A DNA stretch of 64,000 nucleotides from Octopus vulgaris (lineage: Eukaryota), in assembly GCA_951406725.2 (NCBI GenBank), contig OX597822.1:4216001-4280000 (forward strand), read 5' to 3'. Under the pieces are notes generated by a model, which had not been told where the DNA came from, made no database searches, and worked only from the letters and a program-made list of their open reading frames with translations. Numbering within the stretch: the first letter of the stretch is position 1; each line of letters begins with the position of its first letter. This document shows positions 13,235 through 27,508 of this stretch, one piece after another. A program made the position numbers and the translations under genes.

Positions 13235-13510
13235 ATCACTGTGATCACCATGACCGACCATGCTCTCAGATGTTGCATTGTTTTAGCCTTCAAATGACGC
13301 CACCCCGCTTGGCTAAGCGAGCTGGCCAACAGAAGAAAGAGTGAGAGAAAGTTGTGGCGAAAGAGTACAGCAAGGATCATCACCACCCCCTGCTGGAGCG
13401 TCGTGCAGCTTTAGGTGTTTTCATTCAATAAACACTTACAACGCTCGGTCTGGGAATCGAAACCGCGATCCTACGACCGCTGCCCTAACCACTGGGTCAT
13501 TGCGCCTCCA
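13235..13510 (-). mobile_element. SINE, head C + third tail type
   Basis: Head and central block match 1629-1810; 3' region unrelated to tails V and N. Confidence 0.75.
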
Positions 13511-13920
13511 TATTTATATATAGTACAAAGTAAGATAGGGCTTATGGGTGTAACCAACTATGGGATATCATTTATCAATATACTGTTGGTAAAGTACCCA
13601 AATTCTTAATACATAATTGTTTTTAATTGAAATTCAATTCATTTATTGTATTAAACGGGTGAAGGTAAAGAAATATTTTTACCGTAAATTTATAATACAA
13701 ATAAGAAAATGGAAAAACTAATTAATTTGTTCATCAACTTACGGATATTATAATGTTGGATTATTTATTCATTTTACAAATGAGAACATCAAAGCATACA
13801 AAATATTATATAAATCAATAGATAAGATAATAATAGAAATACAGATTTTAAAAGTCATACTATAAATTAATGATATCCTAAAATTACTTCTTACAGCTGT
13901 TTCAGCCTATGGTCAAAAGT

Positions 13921-13960
13921 GAATCTAATTTTCATTGCCTAGGCAATGAAAATTAGATTC
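13921..13960. repeat. Perfect 40-bp palindrome
   Basis: GAATCTAATTTTCATTGCCT|AGGCAATGAAAATTAGATTC. Confidence 0.95.
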
Positions 13961-14126
13961 CACCTCTGTCAAGCCAGCCGCCATGATAGCTCCAAAAGTT
14001 TTTTTTAATTCTCTCTGTTTATTTCCTTGTGTCACCTTTCTGAGCGTTAAACTAATACACCTGTTTGTTGTTTATACACCTGTCATCGTCTTATGTTTTT
14101 CTGTAAATTTCAGCTATATATACATG

Positions 14127-14216
<90 letters not shown>

Positions 14217-14509
14217 CGTGCGTGTAAATGTGCGTGGAGAGCCGATTAGGCTAGGAACTGGCAGAATTGTTAGTACGCCCGTTTTGCACATGTTTTTACA
14301 TTCTGTGTTCAAGTTCTGCATCCTCTGTGATTCGATGAAGTGAGTATCAGATAAGGACAGGGATCTATATAATCGATTATCTCTACTTCACTCATAATTT
14401 CAGGGCCTTGTGCATATAGAATATATAAGGTCTGGTTTGGGAGAGGATTTTCAATCTGATGGCGAAACTGATCCCTTCATCTTTAGGTTTTAATATATAA
14501 ACATATATT

Positions 14510-14908
14510 TATATATATAAAAGTCAAGTTGTGTGTCTGTCTCCTACGATTTAGATTCCTAACTACTCCCACATTTTGCGGTGCAGTTTAACCAAAACCG
14601 GGTATCTTATAGTCGTGATTCATATCGGGCCCTTCTGGGTATTAGCGCGCGTCTACGATGAGTCTACGATTTAAAAAAAAATTTACCATTATTTTTTTCC
14701 ATTTTAATGCATTTTTTTCGATATTAAATAAGGGAAGTAACTCTCTAAAATGTCTACGATGAGTCAACGATTTTTTAAAATAATTACCATCATTTTTTTT
14801 TTTTCCATTTTTAATGCATTTTTTGCTATTTTTTGGCTATAACTCTCTAAAAATGCTTATATAGTTATTTCCATTACAAACCCGAGCAACGCCGGGCGAT
14901 ACTGCTAG
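14510..14908 (+). mobile_element. Non-autonomous Helitron-like element
   Basis: 5' TATATATATAAAAG start; internal direct repeat (GTCTACGATGAGTC...); subterminal GC hairpin CCCGAGCAACGCCGGG then terminal CTAG followed by T. Confidence 0.7.
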
Positions 14909-15106
14909 TTTATACATAAACTTAAATTTGTATTTCGACCAAGAAACCCTGGGTAGTTGCATTTAACAAGATTTGTGGTTTTTATTATAAGATTATCATT
15001 ATTCTCTTTGCAGTTCGAGTGCTTTTCTACTTGTTGAAGCCTTACCATGTAATATATTTATACATATATACATATGCAGGCATATATTTGTGTGTCTATG
15101 TGTATG

Positions 15107-15146
<40 letters not shown>

Positions 15147-15484
15147 CGTGTATATATATATATATATACACGATAATGTAAAACATATACTAGTGAATGT
15201 GTTACACATGTTCCAATATTACCCGTGCGCGTGTGTGTGTGTACACGCAAGTAAATCGAGATTTTTTCTGCAAAACGGTGAGGTCATGCTTTGAATATCG
15301 TGTCTCGTTAAAGGAAATGCAAATGTGAGATAAATGAAGTTTAAATAGTAATATTGTAAAAGTGTAATTTCTGAAAAAAATTACTTTCCTTTTCAAAGCG
15401 CGCATTAGACGTATGATGAAATGAGGTTTGCTGAGAATTCCTCCAGTGATTTCCATTAAGAAAATGAAGGGTATCGCAGATTTG

Positions 15485-16315
<831 letters not shown>

Positions 16316-16702
16316 TTCACATAAGACGTGCATTTGCTACTCCCTATAACTCTCGCCTCTTCTATTTATTCTTTCTTTATTTCTCCAAATTCCTGCCACC
16401 ACCGCATCCAATCTTTTACACTCAAACAGAAGATATTTAGTCATCACATACTCATACATATATATAATATACACGTATATAGCCGCATGCACAGATGGAG
16501 GAAAATAATGCCAATGCACTATACAAACCAAAGCTAACTTGGTGCAATAATCTTTAATTGCTTTCAGTTTAGGCAACAATTTATGCTAAATGGTTATTAA
16601 AACTAATGCGCACTATGAGTGTTAAAATTTTAGTGACTTTTTTAATGTAGTGAATATAACTATTGTGGGTAATTATAACTTCTCATCGTCAGTAAATCAC
16701 TC

Positions 16703-17135
16703 GGATCTTTTCGGTTTGAACGGCAGTTTTTTCTAGCGGTGTCATATGAAATTGTCACCCATAATTATGACCCTAGTATCGATCTATTGCATTTCAATCT
16801 GTTTTAGGGTTAGCGTTAGTTAGGGTTAGGGTTAGGGGTGTGGGGAAGGGTATCTTTTTTTCTTCACAAATGTAGATATACCCAATCTGTTTCTTAAACG
16901 AGGGACATATTCATACGGCACAGAATGTTTTTTTTTACTTCAATAGTATTTGATTGGTTGAAATTGCAGAAATGGAAGAAAAAAACAACAAATATCTTAC
17001 AAACTATAGAATTTTCTCAATAAAACCAAGAGAAAAAGATGTTTTATACACACATTCTACCAGTATACGAAGTTTAAAAGTGTTTAGTTACGTGGAAATT
17101 ATTTTTAAAAACTGCCGTTGAAACCGAAAAGATCC
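16703..17135. mobile_element. MITE with TTAGGG repeats (copy 2), perfect 8-bp TSD
   Basis: Same TIRs as 4960-5379; AATCACTC at 16695-16702 and 17136-17143. Confidence 0.92.
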
Positions 17136-17789
17136 AATCACTCTATTTATATCCCAAATAGATAAATAGTTAAATCCCAAATAGTTAAATCGTTACAAAA
17201 TCAATGCCACGTGCTAATAGGCAGGACCCAAGCAATGAGCGCAAAAACCGGTTACTCAACTTCAGCCGCCATCAATTTTCAAAGTCCTCGTCGAAACAAC
17301 AAAGTCACCAAAATAAATAAAAGGAAAAAATATTATGATACTTTTATTTGCTTACTGTGTCACATTGGACTGATGATAAAACCGAATCAAGTGAAGTGTT
17401 TATTGAACATGGAAAAGTTTTCAGCTTTAGCATCTTCCATACAAATAAACTAAATTGACATTTAAAGGCAATATGCATCAATTTAGAAAAGTCGCAGTGA
17501 AAAATATTTTAAAGCGTTTGAATTGACTCAAAAGAAAGCTATATTTTCGTCATATATTTAAAAAAAAAACAAATAAACTTTACTAGCTTCATATTATATG
17601 GGTTATCAGCTAGAAAAATGTTGGTGAAATATATAGGAATGTAGAAACTTAATAAATTCCTGCGCAAAAGATTTGGTGAAATGCATGATAAGTAAATATA
17701 GCAGAAATATTGATAACGTACCATTTTCTAATGACGCACTTTTAAAGTGAATTTATGCAATACTTTTAAAAAAAAAAACTGAGTTAATA

Positions 17790-18355
17790 AGACGGATCAA
17801 AATGTGTTCAGCCTCCTCTCTTTAAATGGAGGCATAAACAAATGTCGTTTATTTAGTAGTTTTCCGTACATTTGTACGTTTATGGTTATGAAAATAACGT
17901 CAAGCTGCCCACGTATAGTGAGCCTAACGCAAACCATTAACGAAAAAAACATTAAATTTCGTTGTAAGTTTGTTAAAAAGTATTTTAGTTGATGAAGATG
18001 CAGCTGTTGTCAGGAAATTTTCTGGTTCTGTTGCAAGAATAAAAAAAAGCCAAAATCAAATATTCAAAGGTTTCTGGTTAGTTTTTATTAAATCAAATTC
18101 ACTAAATGCAGATATTCTCAATTTATTATATGAAAATATGAACACTTGGTATACAACTTTACTACATACCAAAGAGTGCTGGTTGTTGTTTGGAAGTGTT
18201 GGCGGAGTTTTCCGAACTGCGTGAAGAAATTGGATTATTTCTTTGCGAACATCCTTTGAACTTCCAGCCAAATTAAAATATTAGTGCTGGATGAAGAAAA
18301 ATGGTGTCTTATTCTGATATATTTACTTACTTGAATGAAATTAATCTTTCAATGT
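17790..18355 (+). pseudogene. hAT (Charlie/Buster-like) transposase remnant
   Basis: DEDAAVVRKFSGSVARIKK and FIKSNSLN...LLHTKECWLL resemble the hAT DGAxxMxG...VARIK and LLHTEVRWLS motifs. Confidence 0.7.
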
Positions 18356-18789
18356 TGGTCGCCAATATGGTATGATTCAAAATCTTTTCTAAATGATTGT
18401 TCATGGCTGTAGAAACTCCAGGGTGACTACGTAGCTAAGAAAAAAGTATTTTAAAAACATTAATAATTTTTTTTTATTACCAACCAAAATTTGCCAAAGC
18501 AAACTTTCAGAGATTCAATTTTGTCATAGTTGGCAGATACATTTGAATTATGGCATTTTCCATGTGAAAACGAAAGTAAACTTCAGGATTAAACTTAAAC
18601 TGGATAATATTCCACGGGAATAAAAAAGAGCAGCAAAGAGACATTGCAACGTACCTTAAAATCAAAATAAGTGCAACTGATAAAATTTTAGCACAAAATC
18701 TTTTACAATATTCGTACGATATTGAAGTACATACTCAAATGAAAGAACAGTTTAACCTTATTAAATAACAGAAAACAAATTTAGAAATA

Positions 18790-19622
18790 AATTGAATATA
18801 GGGACTGTCTTACGGTTATATGTAAAATCCAAAATTCCGTATATCAAGAGTCTGCAACCAGAAACAAGCACATCCAAGTCACTAACTTTAAATTTCTTGG
18901 TGCTAAAGGTGAAATGTTCAAATCTCGGGGGTAAGAAAAGAAACGAAGTTATGCTAACACAGACTTGTTTTGATGTTTGTTTGCAGCAACACTCTAATAT
19001 GCTTTTTATGTTTTTCAAAATAACTGAGAAAGGTAAAAATAACGATAAATAAACATTAATGCGCTGAAACCGATGGATGGAAAGCATACTGGTCGTAGCT
19101 AAGAATAAAACAACAAGAATTTAATTAAACACAACCGACATGACATTTAATATGCAGGATGACGAAAGAAATCAGTGATTCAACTGACACCAATGTAGTA
19201 GGAAAACTACGAAAGAAAAATTTATGGGCTTTGATAAGGAACCTGAAAATCCAACACCAAATCACATTTTCAGCTTAATTCCCATTGTTATTGCAACAAC
19301 AGGCTATGTACCACCAACTCGCAAAGATCAGAGTAGTAGAAAACTTGGATTCTTGGAGATTGAACGCATCCAGGATATTGCGGGAGCTACAAATGATCAT
19401 GCTATTTGGGTCTATAAAAATACGCAACATCTTCAAATTTAAAAGGTGAACTGTTATGCAGGTAACAGTTCACTCTTTAAAGAAGAGGAAGAGAATAGTA
19501 CTTATTTTCCTTTGCAAACAAAATAACTTGTTTACAACCTTGCCACCGAGCAGGTAGCCCGTCGGAATGTACCTTAAAATTCCAATGAGTAAGAAAAAAC
19601 AAACATCCTTAAAACATTCAAG
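18790..19622 (+). mobile_element. Degenerate R4/Dong-like (RLE) LINE 3' part
   Basis: LIRNLKI and FSLIPIVIATTGYVP parallel the PIIIGALG region at about 56270-56330; 3' end abuts (CATA)n; 5' boundary uncertain. Confidence 0.45.
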
Positions 19623-19679
19623 CATACATACGTATATGAATACATATATACATACATACGTACATACATGCATGCATGA

Positions 19680-19710
<31 letters not shown>

Positions 19711-19940
19711 CATGCATGCAAGCATGCATGCATACATACATACATGCATGGATGCATACATACATGCATGGATACATACATACATTCATGCATGCATACA
19801 TACATACATACATACATAATGCATACATACATACATACATGCATACATACATACATACATACATACATACATACATACATACATACATACATACATACAT
19901 ACATACATACATACATACATACATACATACATACATACAT
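19623..19940. repeat. (CATA)n microsatellite
   Basis: Direct inspection. Confidence 0.95.
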
Positions 19941-20530
19941 AAAGGACTGGAATTTCCTTTCAGTTAACTATCAGAATACAGAATATTTTTACAACTTCAT
20001 TTCCGTTGCTAAATTATATCCCGAAGACAACATAAATCTATATTGCTGGCAGGAGGTTGTTGAGATATTTTGTGGTATCTGTCTGTCTATCTACATATCT
20101 ATCTTTTCATCTACGTGTCTATCTACGTCTCTGTATATTTGTCTGGTAAGTCTGTATGACTCCTTCCCTGTCTATTTAGATGTCTTTTTGACGAGCCTTA
20201 TGGTTTAATCACCTGATTTATTTTTGTATATCTTCTTGTAAATTCTTTGCTTTCTATCCATCTACATACACTATCTAGACACCTACACATATACGCACAC
20301 CACACACACGCACACACACACATTTCAGAATTATGCCTGAAAAAGTCCAGCAGTCAGGTTCCTCCAGGGGTAAAACAGATTCATTGAAACACAGTTGTAA
20401 TGGAGTGGTAGTACATGTGTTAGTGTGAAGCACAGAAACGTTGTCAATTTTTCAATTTTTTAAATTTTTCCTTCAGTGTCTCTTTAACTCCCTGATTTTT
20501 ACCTGTTCGCTTCACCTTTATATATGCATG

Positions 20531-20632
20531 GATTATGGGGCATATGAGTCTAATTACGTATAGGTAAGTATATATGCATATATATACATATATACTTACC
20601 TATACGTAATTAGACTCATATGCCCCATAATC
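20531..20632. repeat. Fold-back hairpin, perfect 46-bp arms, 10-nt TA-rich loop
   Basis: GATTATGGGGCATATGAGTC...TATATG / CATATA...GACTCATATGCCCCATAATC. Confidence 0.95.
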
Positions 20633-22045
20633 TATTGGGTATTTATAAGTGTATGTATATATTCTTAAAACCCAACTTGTTTGTACATAATTAAGAGCTT
20701 TTGTAAATCCGAGGTCGGACACCAATTAAATTCGGAGTATAATTTGCAGTGTTTATTAGAACAAACTTAAAGAACGAAGATGCACTGTTGACGATTTATT
20801 TAGCTTTCTTGCATTTCGAATAGCCTGACACGACCTAACCGTTGCACGTTGCACATCGCATTGTGCACATTTAATCGCTCCTTCATTTGATCGACAACAA
20901 TACTATAGAAAAAGATGTACTAAGTGCCATATTTTTCTTATCAAAATCAACATGATATATATTTGTCTACAGAGATATAAACAAATGGATAGAGAGGCAG
21001 ACAAACAGATAGATATACTGTAGTAATTACGAAATATTTCCCAACCAGGATTCGAAAACAGTTAATACTCTCGGCGTCTGGGGCTTATATTTGTCTACTA
21101 TGCAGGTTTCTAACTCTGAATGAGTTCTCTTACATTACAACAAGACGGCATATATTGTTACATGACGAGAATGTAATTAATGGAATTCAATTTAATGTGT
21201 ATCTGGTATTTATTTTATCGACTTTTAAAGACTGAAAGTCAAATTTGATTCCACTGAGATATAAACGCAAAATATCAAGATGCTAACAAAATATGATATT
21301 GCATTTTAGTCCTGTTCTTTTACTGACACTAATAATATAATTGTATAGATTTTCAAGAATTTTTATCTCGCATGAAGATTGTCTGCAAATATTTCGTAAA
21401 GTCTTGCCATCAGGATGTTGCATATCACATGGGAATTTTTGTAATTCTATGACTCTTTAGCGATGATAAAGTACATTCCTACGAAGATGCTAGCAACTTA
21501 AGACGTTTTGTTGTTAATAATTCAGTCGATATTACTTTGATAATAAGATAACAAAAATATGCGCTTGAAATAGTAGTAACCTAAATATCTCTTAATCCGT
21601 TTTGCATACTCGGCCATCATTGAAGACGTCTATTTTATGTAGTGACTGAAAACAGGATTTATACTGGAATACATTCTTGATGTTTACTTTAAAATCTCAA
21701 AAAGCGATTTGAGGCCATTACTGCTGTCGCGGCTTTTTCAATTACTCTGCTGAAAGATGTATTAAAGGTGTACTGAGTACTTGAAATAAAGTATTTTATA
21801 TACAGTAACGGTAACTTGAGGCAAGGCTGCTTATCCGCTGATTTATTGACTCCTCGAGCACACATAGTCCTTCCTGTATAGTCTTAATACGGTCAATGAG
21901 CAAATAATGAATACTAGGTTCGAATCCGCCACACTAAACTAATCCTAGTTACCGCTTCACTATCTCAAACTAAATATGTTATTTAAACCTAGAACAGCAG
22001 TTAGCAGCCACTACTGACAGTAAAAATAACATTCTAGCACTACAG

Positions 22046-22137
<92 letters not shown>

Positions 22138-22330
22138 AATTATATAGACAGCCGTGTGCAACGTTCTACCAAAAGTAAAAATATAATTATTACTAAATGT
22201 GACTAGGATGTTAGAACACATACATTGCTAGAAATAAGAGCTAAATGCTCCCATACTATAGTTAAAGCACATAATTGTATACATATATGCTGACAGAGAC
22301 TGTAATCACCCGAAAACACCGGTCGAGTAA

Positions 22331-22383
22331 TCCCTATACTGATCGGTCAGTCTCGGCTATTACCGTAGCTTCATCAGTAGGGA
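22331..22383 (-). ncRNA. Type I hammerhead-ribozyme-like motif (GAAA changed to GAGA)
   Basis: TCCCTA CTGATGA A GCTA cggtaa TAGC C GAGA CTGA ccga TCAG TA TAGGGA: three stems form, one core substitution. Confidence 0.65.
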
Positions 22384-22632
22384 CTGCTCGATTCGGCTGA
22401 TTCCGGACTTAATTTTTTGTCAGTAAATACGTATTCACCATAAAAATTTATGGATGACTTAGCGAACCGCTAATGTGTATACAAAAGCTTGATACAAACA
22501 GACGTGTACAATGTATTACCGAAAAAGGAAAGCTATAATTGTCACTAAATATGACTAAGGTGTTAGAACACCTACATTGCTAGAAACAAGAGCTAAAATG
22601 GTCTAATGTTGTAGTTAAAGCAAATACACACA

Positions 22633-22689
<57 letters not shown>

Positions 22690-22807
22690 AATGAATAAGT
22701 AAAAGAGTAGGAACTTTACCGGTGACTGTGTTAAATAACAAGGCACTAAAAGGGAATGAATCTCGCCAGACACATAACGAATCTTGTAAACCGAATCCAA
22801 AAATGAA

Positions 22808-22848
<41 letters not shown>

Positions 22849-22863
22849 TATTCTACCTATAGT

Positions 22864-22889
<26 letters not shown>

Positions 22890-22894
<5 letters not shown>

Positions 22895-23083
22895 TAACTA
22901 AAATAAGACGAACAATGAGTTACATATAACATCAAGTTGTGTACTGGAATCGATTTCATCGACGGCACCCTCCCCAAAAATTTCGCGCCTTGTACCTAGA
23001 GTAGAAAAGATATATATTTATGTTTATGTAACAACTAACAATTTGATGTTATATGTAACTCCTTGTTCGTCTTAATTTAGTTA

Positions 23084-23089
<6 letters not shown>
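22890..23089. repeat. About 47-bp inverted repeat between (TA)n tracts, SINE B1 tail in the spacer
   Basis: ATGTACTAACTAAAATAAGACGAACAATGAGTTACATATAACATCAA versus TTGATGTTATATGTAACTCCTTGTTCGTCTTAATTTAGTTAGTACAT. Confidence 0.85.
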
Positions 23090-23152
<63 letters not shown>

Positions 23153-24007
23153 TATATAGATAGAATAGTTAGTCGGCTGTTATGTAGATGTGTATGTGTA
23201 TATGTGTATGTATACATATATGAGGGCCAAGTCTCTCTACCAGGTCTCATCAACGTCAACTGCAACAGGTCGATGATGAATATTGCCTAGAGAATATGTG
23301 TCTAGAGTAGAAAACAATCGTTAGCACGCCGGGCGAAATGCTTAGCGGTATTTCGTCTGTCTTTACGTTCTGAGTTCAAATTCCGCCGAGGTTGACTTTG
23401 CCTTTCATCCTTTCGGATGAATAGAAAGGGACACAGAAAAAAACAAGGAGAAAAACAAGGAGAGAAAAAAAACGTGTGTAGTGGCTAACGATCTATCATG
23501 GCAACTGATTCGGACAGAAGAGTCACACACGAGAAGGAAAGTAGGGGACATATATATATATATATATATATATATTGTTAATGAGATGAGAGAGACAGAA
23601 GATGGAAGATACGAGAATGTTGATGATATTATATGTGTATGTGTGTATGTGTGTGTGTGTTGTGTGTGTGTGTGTGTGTGTGTGTGCCTCGGTCTGTGTC
23701 TGTGTGCGTATGTGTGTGAGAGGGCGAGAGAGAGAGGAATGTTACGTGTAAACCAAGAATTTGTGGGACAGTTTTGTACTTGTTGTGCTGAGATTTGCCC
23801 ATCAATAAGCGATCAATATTACTGACTTGAGAAGATGGAATTTTAAAGCTCTCCGCAAAATACATGAAAACTGTTTAATGAAAGCTAAATAGTACCAGTG
23901 GCTTGTAGAAACATATTTGCGGCAACAGCTATGATGGTTTTTTGCTAGTTTATTTTCCTCACTTGTTTCTGAAATACATTGGTGAGTATGAAGTATGCTA
24001 ATGTATA

Positions 24008-24408
24008 GGCGCAGGAGTGGCTGTGTGGTGAGTAGCTTACTTACAGTCCACATGGTCCCAGGTTCAGTCCCACTGTGTGGCACCTTTGGCAAGTGTCTTC
24101 TACTATAGCCTCGGGCCCACCAAAGCCTTGTGAGTGAATCTGGTAGACGGAAACTGAAAGAAGCCTGTGGTATATATGTAATTGTACATGTATGCGTGTG
24201 TGTGTTTGTGTATTTGTGTTTGTCCCCCCAACATCGCTTGACAACCGATGCCGATGTGTTTACATCTCCGTATCTTAGCGGTTCGGCAAAAGAGACCGAT
24301 AGAATAATTACTGGGGTTACAAAAGAATAAGTCCTGGGGTCGATTTGCTTGACTAAAGGCGGTGCTCCAGCATGGCTGCAGTTAAATGACTGAAACAAGT
24401 AAAAGAGT
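24008..24408 (+). mobile_element. Full-length family-A SINE
   Basis: Complete head through ...ATGACTGAAACAAGTAAAAGAG tail. Confidence 0.9.
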
Positions 24409-24637
24409 AATGAATATATTGTAGACATACAACCACAAGAATTTATGCAAAAATAACCATGATTTTATAACTACCTCAGGTGCCAGGCCGAATGCTTAGG
24501 GTCTTAGACTTAACGATAATTTTTAGGTCAGGAGTTCAATTCCTCTCTGTCCATGTGTCACACTAACGATGTTCCACTGGTCAATGGGTGAGAGGCCCGA
24601 GACGGTGTCTATGTCAGCTTAGACGGTGTCTATGTCA

Positions 24638-24869
24638 AGGCGGCGAGCTGGCAGAAACGTTAGCGTGCCGGACGAAATGCTCAGCGGTATTTTGTCTGCC
24701 GTTACGTTCTGAGTTCAAATTCCGCCGAGGTCGACTTTGCCTTTCATCCTTTCGGGGTCGATAAATTAAGTACCAGTTATGCACTGGGGTCGATATAATC
24801 GACTTAATCCGTTTCTCTGTCCTTGTTTGTTCCTTCTGTGTTTAACCCCTTGTGGGCAGTAAAGAAATA
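24638..24869 (+). mobile_element. Full-length SINE B2 with 13-bp TSD
   Basis: GGTGTCTATGTCA at 24625-24637 and 24870-24882. Confidence 0.92.
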
Positions 24870-25215
24870 GGTGTCTATGTCAGCTTACTATTCCGTGGGC
24901 ATCTAAAAAAAAATTACAATTAACAAAAACATCAGGTCATATTTGCCTGGGAGGCAAATATGTTCTTGCTTTAGTTTTTGTTTATCTTATTTATGCTTTT
25001 ACGATTAGAGAGGGCGCAGGAGAAAGAACGGTGGATTGCCAGCCGTACGTACGAAGAATGTCTGCAGAATGTATGTCGCTGAAAGGAACGCTGCCTTTCA
25101 ACAGCAGCAGATACAGACAAGTCATTATATTCGTACGCAAACACAGCAAATGATACTAATGTATTAGTTCCATTGTTTGTGGTATTAATTTGTTTGTTTA
25201 TCTTTTCTTTGTTCA

Positions 25216-25240
25216 ATACTACAACTACTACTGGTGCTAT

Positions 25241-25284
<44 letters not shown>

Positions 25285-25314
25285 TTACCGTTATTATTAT
25301 TATTATTATTGTTA

Positions 25315-25363
<49 letters not shown>

Positions 25364-25386
25364 TATTATCATTATTATTATTATCA

Positions 25387-25441
<55 letters not shown>
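25216..25441. repeat. (TAC)n/(TAT)n/(CAT)n trinucleotide repeat
   Basis: Direct inspection. Confidence 0.95.
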
Positions 25442-25442
<1 letters not shown>

Positions 25443-25625
25443 AAGACGAAATAATTACGAAAAATCAAATTCCACAGAGAAATTATGCCAACAATGCAAC
25501 TCGTTTTACACGCATTTCTGACATCGTAAAAACATGTCTGCTTTATTAACAGAATGTTATTTGTATTAAATACAGACATTCACACATATTCACCCCAACA
25601 CATATATATATATGTACATATTTGC

Positions 25626-25691
<66 letters not shown>

Positions 25692-25845
25692 TATAAATTT
25701 GAGTGAGGTTTCTCTATCCGTTGCGTTTTTATGTTCGTTAACTCCTCTTTGACCGTTAGTGCAAAGACAACGAAACTCAAACCAGCGACTCCCTTAATCC
25801 CAGGAAATGTCCTAAAGGCGTCTATTTTTTAGGGACCGCCTAATT

Positions 25846-26150
25846 GAGGTTCCAGATGATCCGATCGACGGATCGGCCTGTTCGTGAAATTAACGTGCAA
25901 GTGGCTGAGCACTCCACAGACTCATGTACCCTTAACGTAGTTCTCGAGGAGATTCAGCGTGACACAGAGTGTAACAAGGCTGGCCCTTTGAAATACGTGA
26001 ACAGCAGAAACAGGAAGAAAGAGTGAGAGAAAGTTGTGGTGAAAGAGTACAGCAGGATTCACCACCACCTTCTGTCGGATCCTCGTGAAGCTTTAGGTGA
26101 TTTTGCTCAATAAACACTCACAACGCCCGGTCTGGGAATCGAAACCGCGG
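25846..26150 (-). mobile_element. SINE, head C (5'-truncated) + tail N
   Basis: 26000-26150 matches 1675-1825; 25846-25995 matches 1378-1530. Confidence 0.8.
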
Positions 26151-26408
26151 GACAGAAAGAGAACGTTGACAAAGAATATATTACCTTGACGCTATATGTA
26201 TATATATATATATATAATAAAGTTTCCACGATCTTATAGAATCACGTATTTAAATAGTAGAAACATCAAGGTAGAGCCGGGGATAGCGCACCAATGCACT
26301 AACAATACCATACGTTCTTAGTAAAGTTGACCCTCCCCGGATGGGTGGGTCAACTTACACTATGTTCTATTTTTGTGAGGAATCCTAAGTGTTAAATTTT
26401 ACTCTTAA

Positions 26409-26493
26409 TTCACCTGATGAATATGACTTTGTTTGCGCGCGATGTAACACTTTTGCTTATCAATAAAGAACACTATGAAACAGCTGTAGTGAA
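26409..26493 (+). ncRNA. Minimal hammerhead-ribozyme-like motif with long stem II
   Basis: TTCAC CTGATGA ...56 nt... GAAA C AGCT G TA GTGAA: 5-bp stem I, intact core, palindromic loop 3. Confidence 0.65.
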
Positions 26494-27463
26494 CCTATGT
26501 ATGTATGTATGTATTTATGCATGGATGGATGGATGGATGCATGCATGCATGTTCATGTGAACATGGTACCAACAAGTGCAGTGGAATGATAGAACTGATT
26601 TAGGGTTGGGTAAGACGATGCTTTATGGTATCTGTTACGTTTCTTTACTTTCTGACCGCAACGTCTGAGACAGCACTGATGCCATGATATATTGGCCCCA
26701 GTCAACGATCTATCCCTTAGATAAACATCAGTGACATGGAGAGGGGAGGTTCGGGTACACGATTAACTGTCAGGGTTGGTAAAAATATGTTGCTTAGGTC
26801 TGCGTATATGTGTGTATATGTGAGGTTAGCATTGACTGATGGAGGACTTCTCTGAAGCGTAGAGACTATTGTAGTAGTAGTAGAAAATTAAGGAAGTGGT
26901 CCCAGCACAGTTGCGGGCCAGAGGCTGCTGTATGTTTGTGATTGAATTCATTTCAAACAGTAGAGTGGCCTTTGTTCTGTTGTGGTCTTGGATGTCTGTA
27001 TATGTCGCTACATCATCACTCCAAATGTGTGTGTATTCGTACACGCATGCACACAAACATACGTGCATGCATGCATACATACAGACAAAAACAGACAGAC
27101 ATACAAATATGACGTTTAAATGCGGATGATGACTTTTGAATGCGGAATGATAAAGGGTAATGAAAGGTGTGAGGAAGCATCTGAATCCTCGATCCTATTT
27201 ATATGAGATCAAGTCAGAGAGACAGAGAAAGAGACAGACAGACAGAGAAGTTCCTGGCTTTGGGTAAAAGAAAATACAGGCAGATCAGTTAGTTATGATT
27301 TTATTCGCCATTTTCCCGTCTCAGATTCACACAGTTTTTCTAAGTCCTGTGAAAGAACTCGAAAGGTTGGGCTTCCAACCAGGCCTTTCGCGATGCTCTT
27401 ACAGCCAGGAACTTTTCAGCACTCACCCGTACATATGCATATATATATATATATACACATATT

Positions 27464-27508
<45 letters not shown>

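Noticed and set aside
21050-21180. Minus-strand peptide ETCIVDKYKP resembling a Penelope GIY-YIG C-terminus
   Set aside because: Too short and degenerate to support without a profile search
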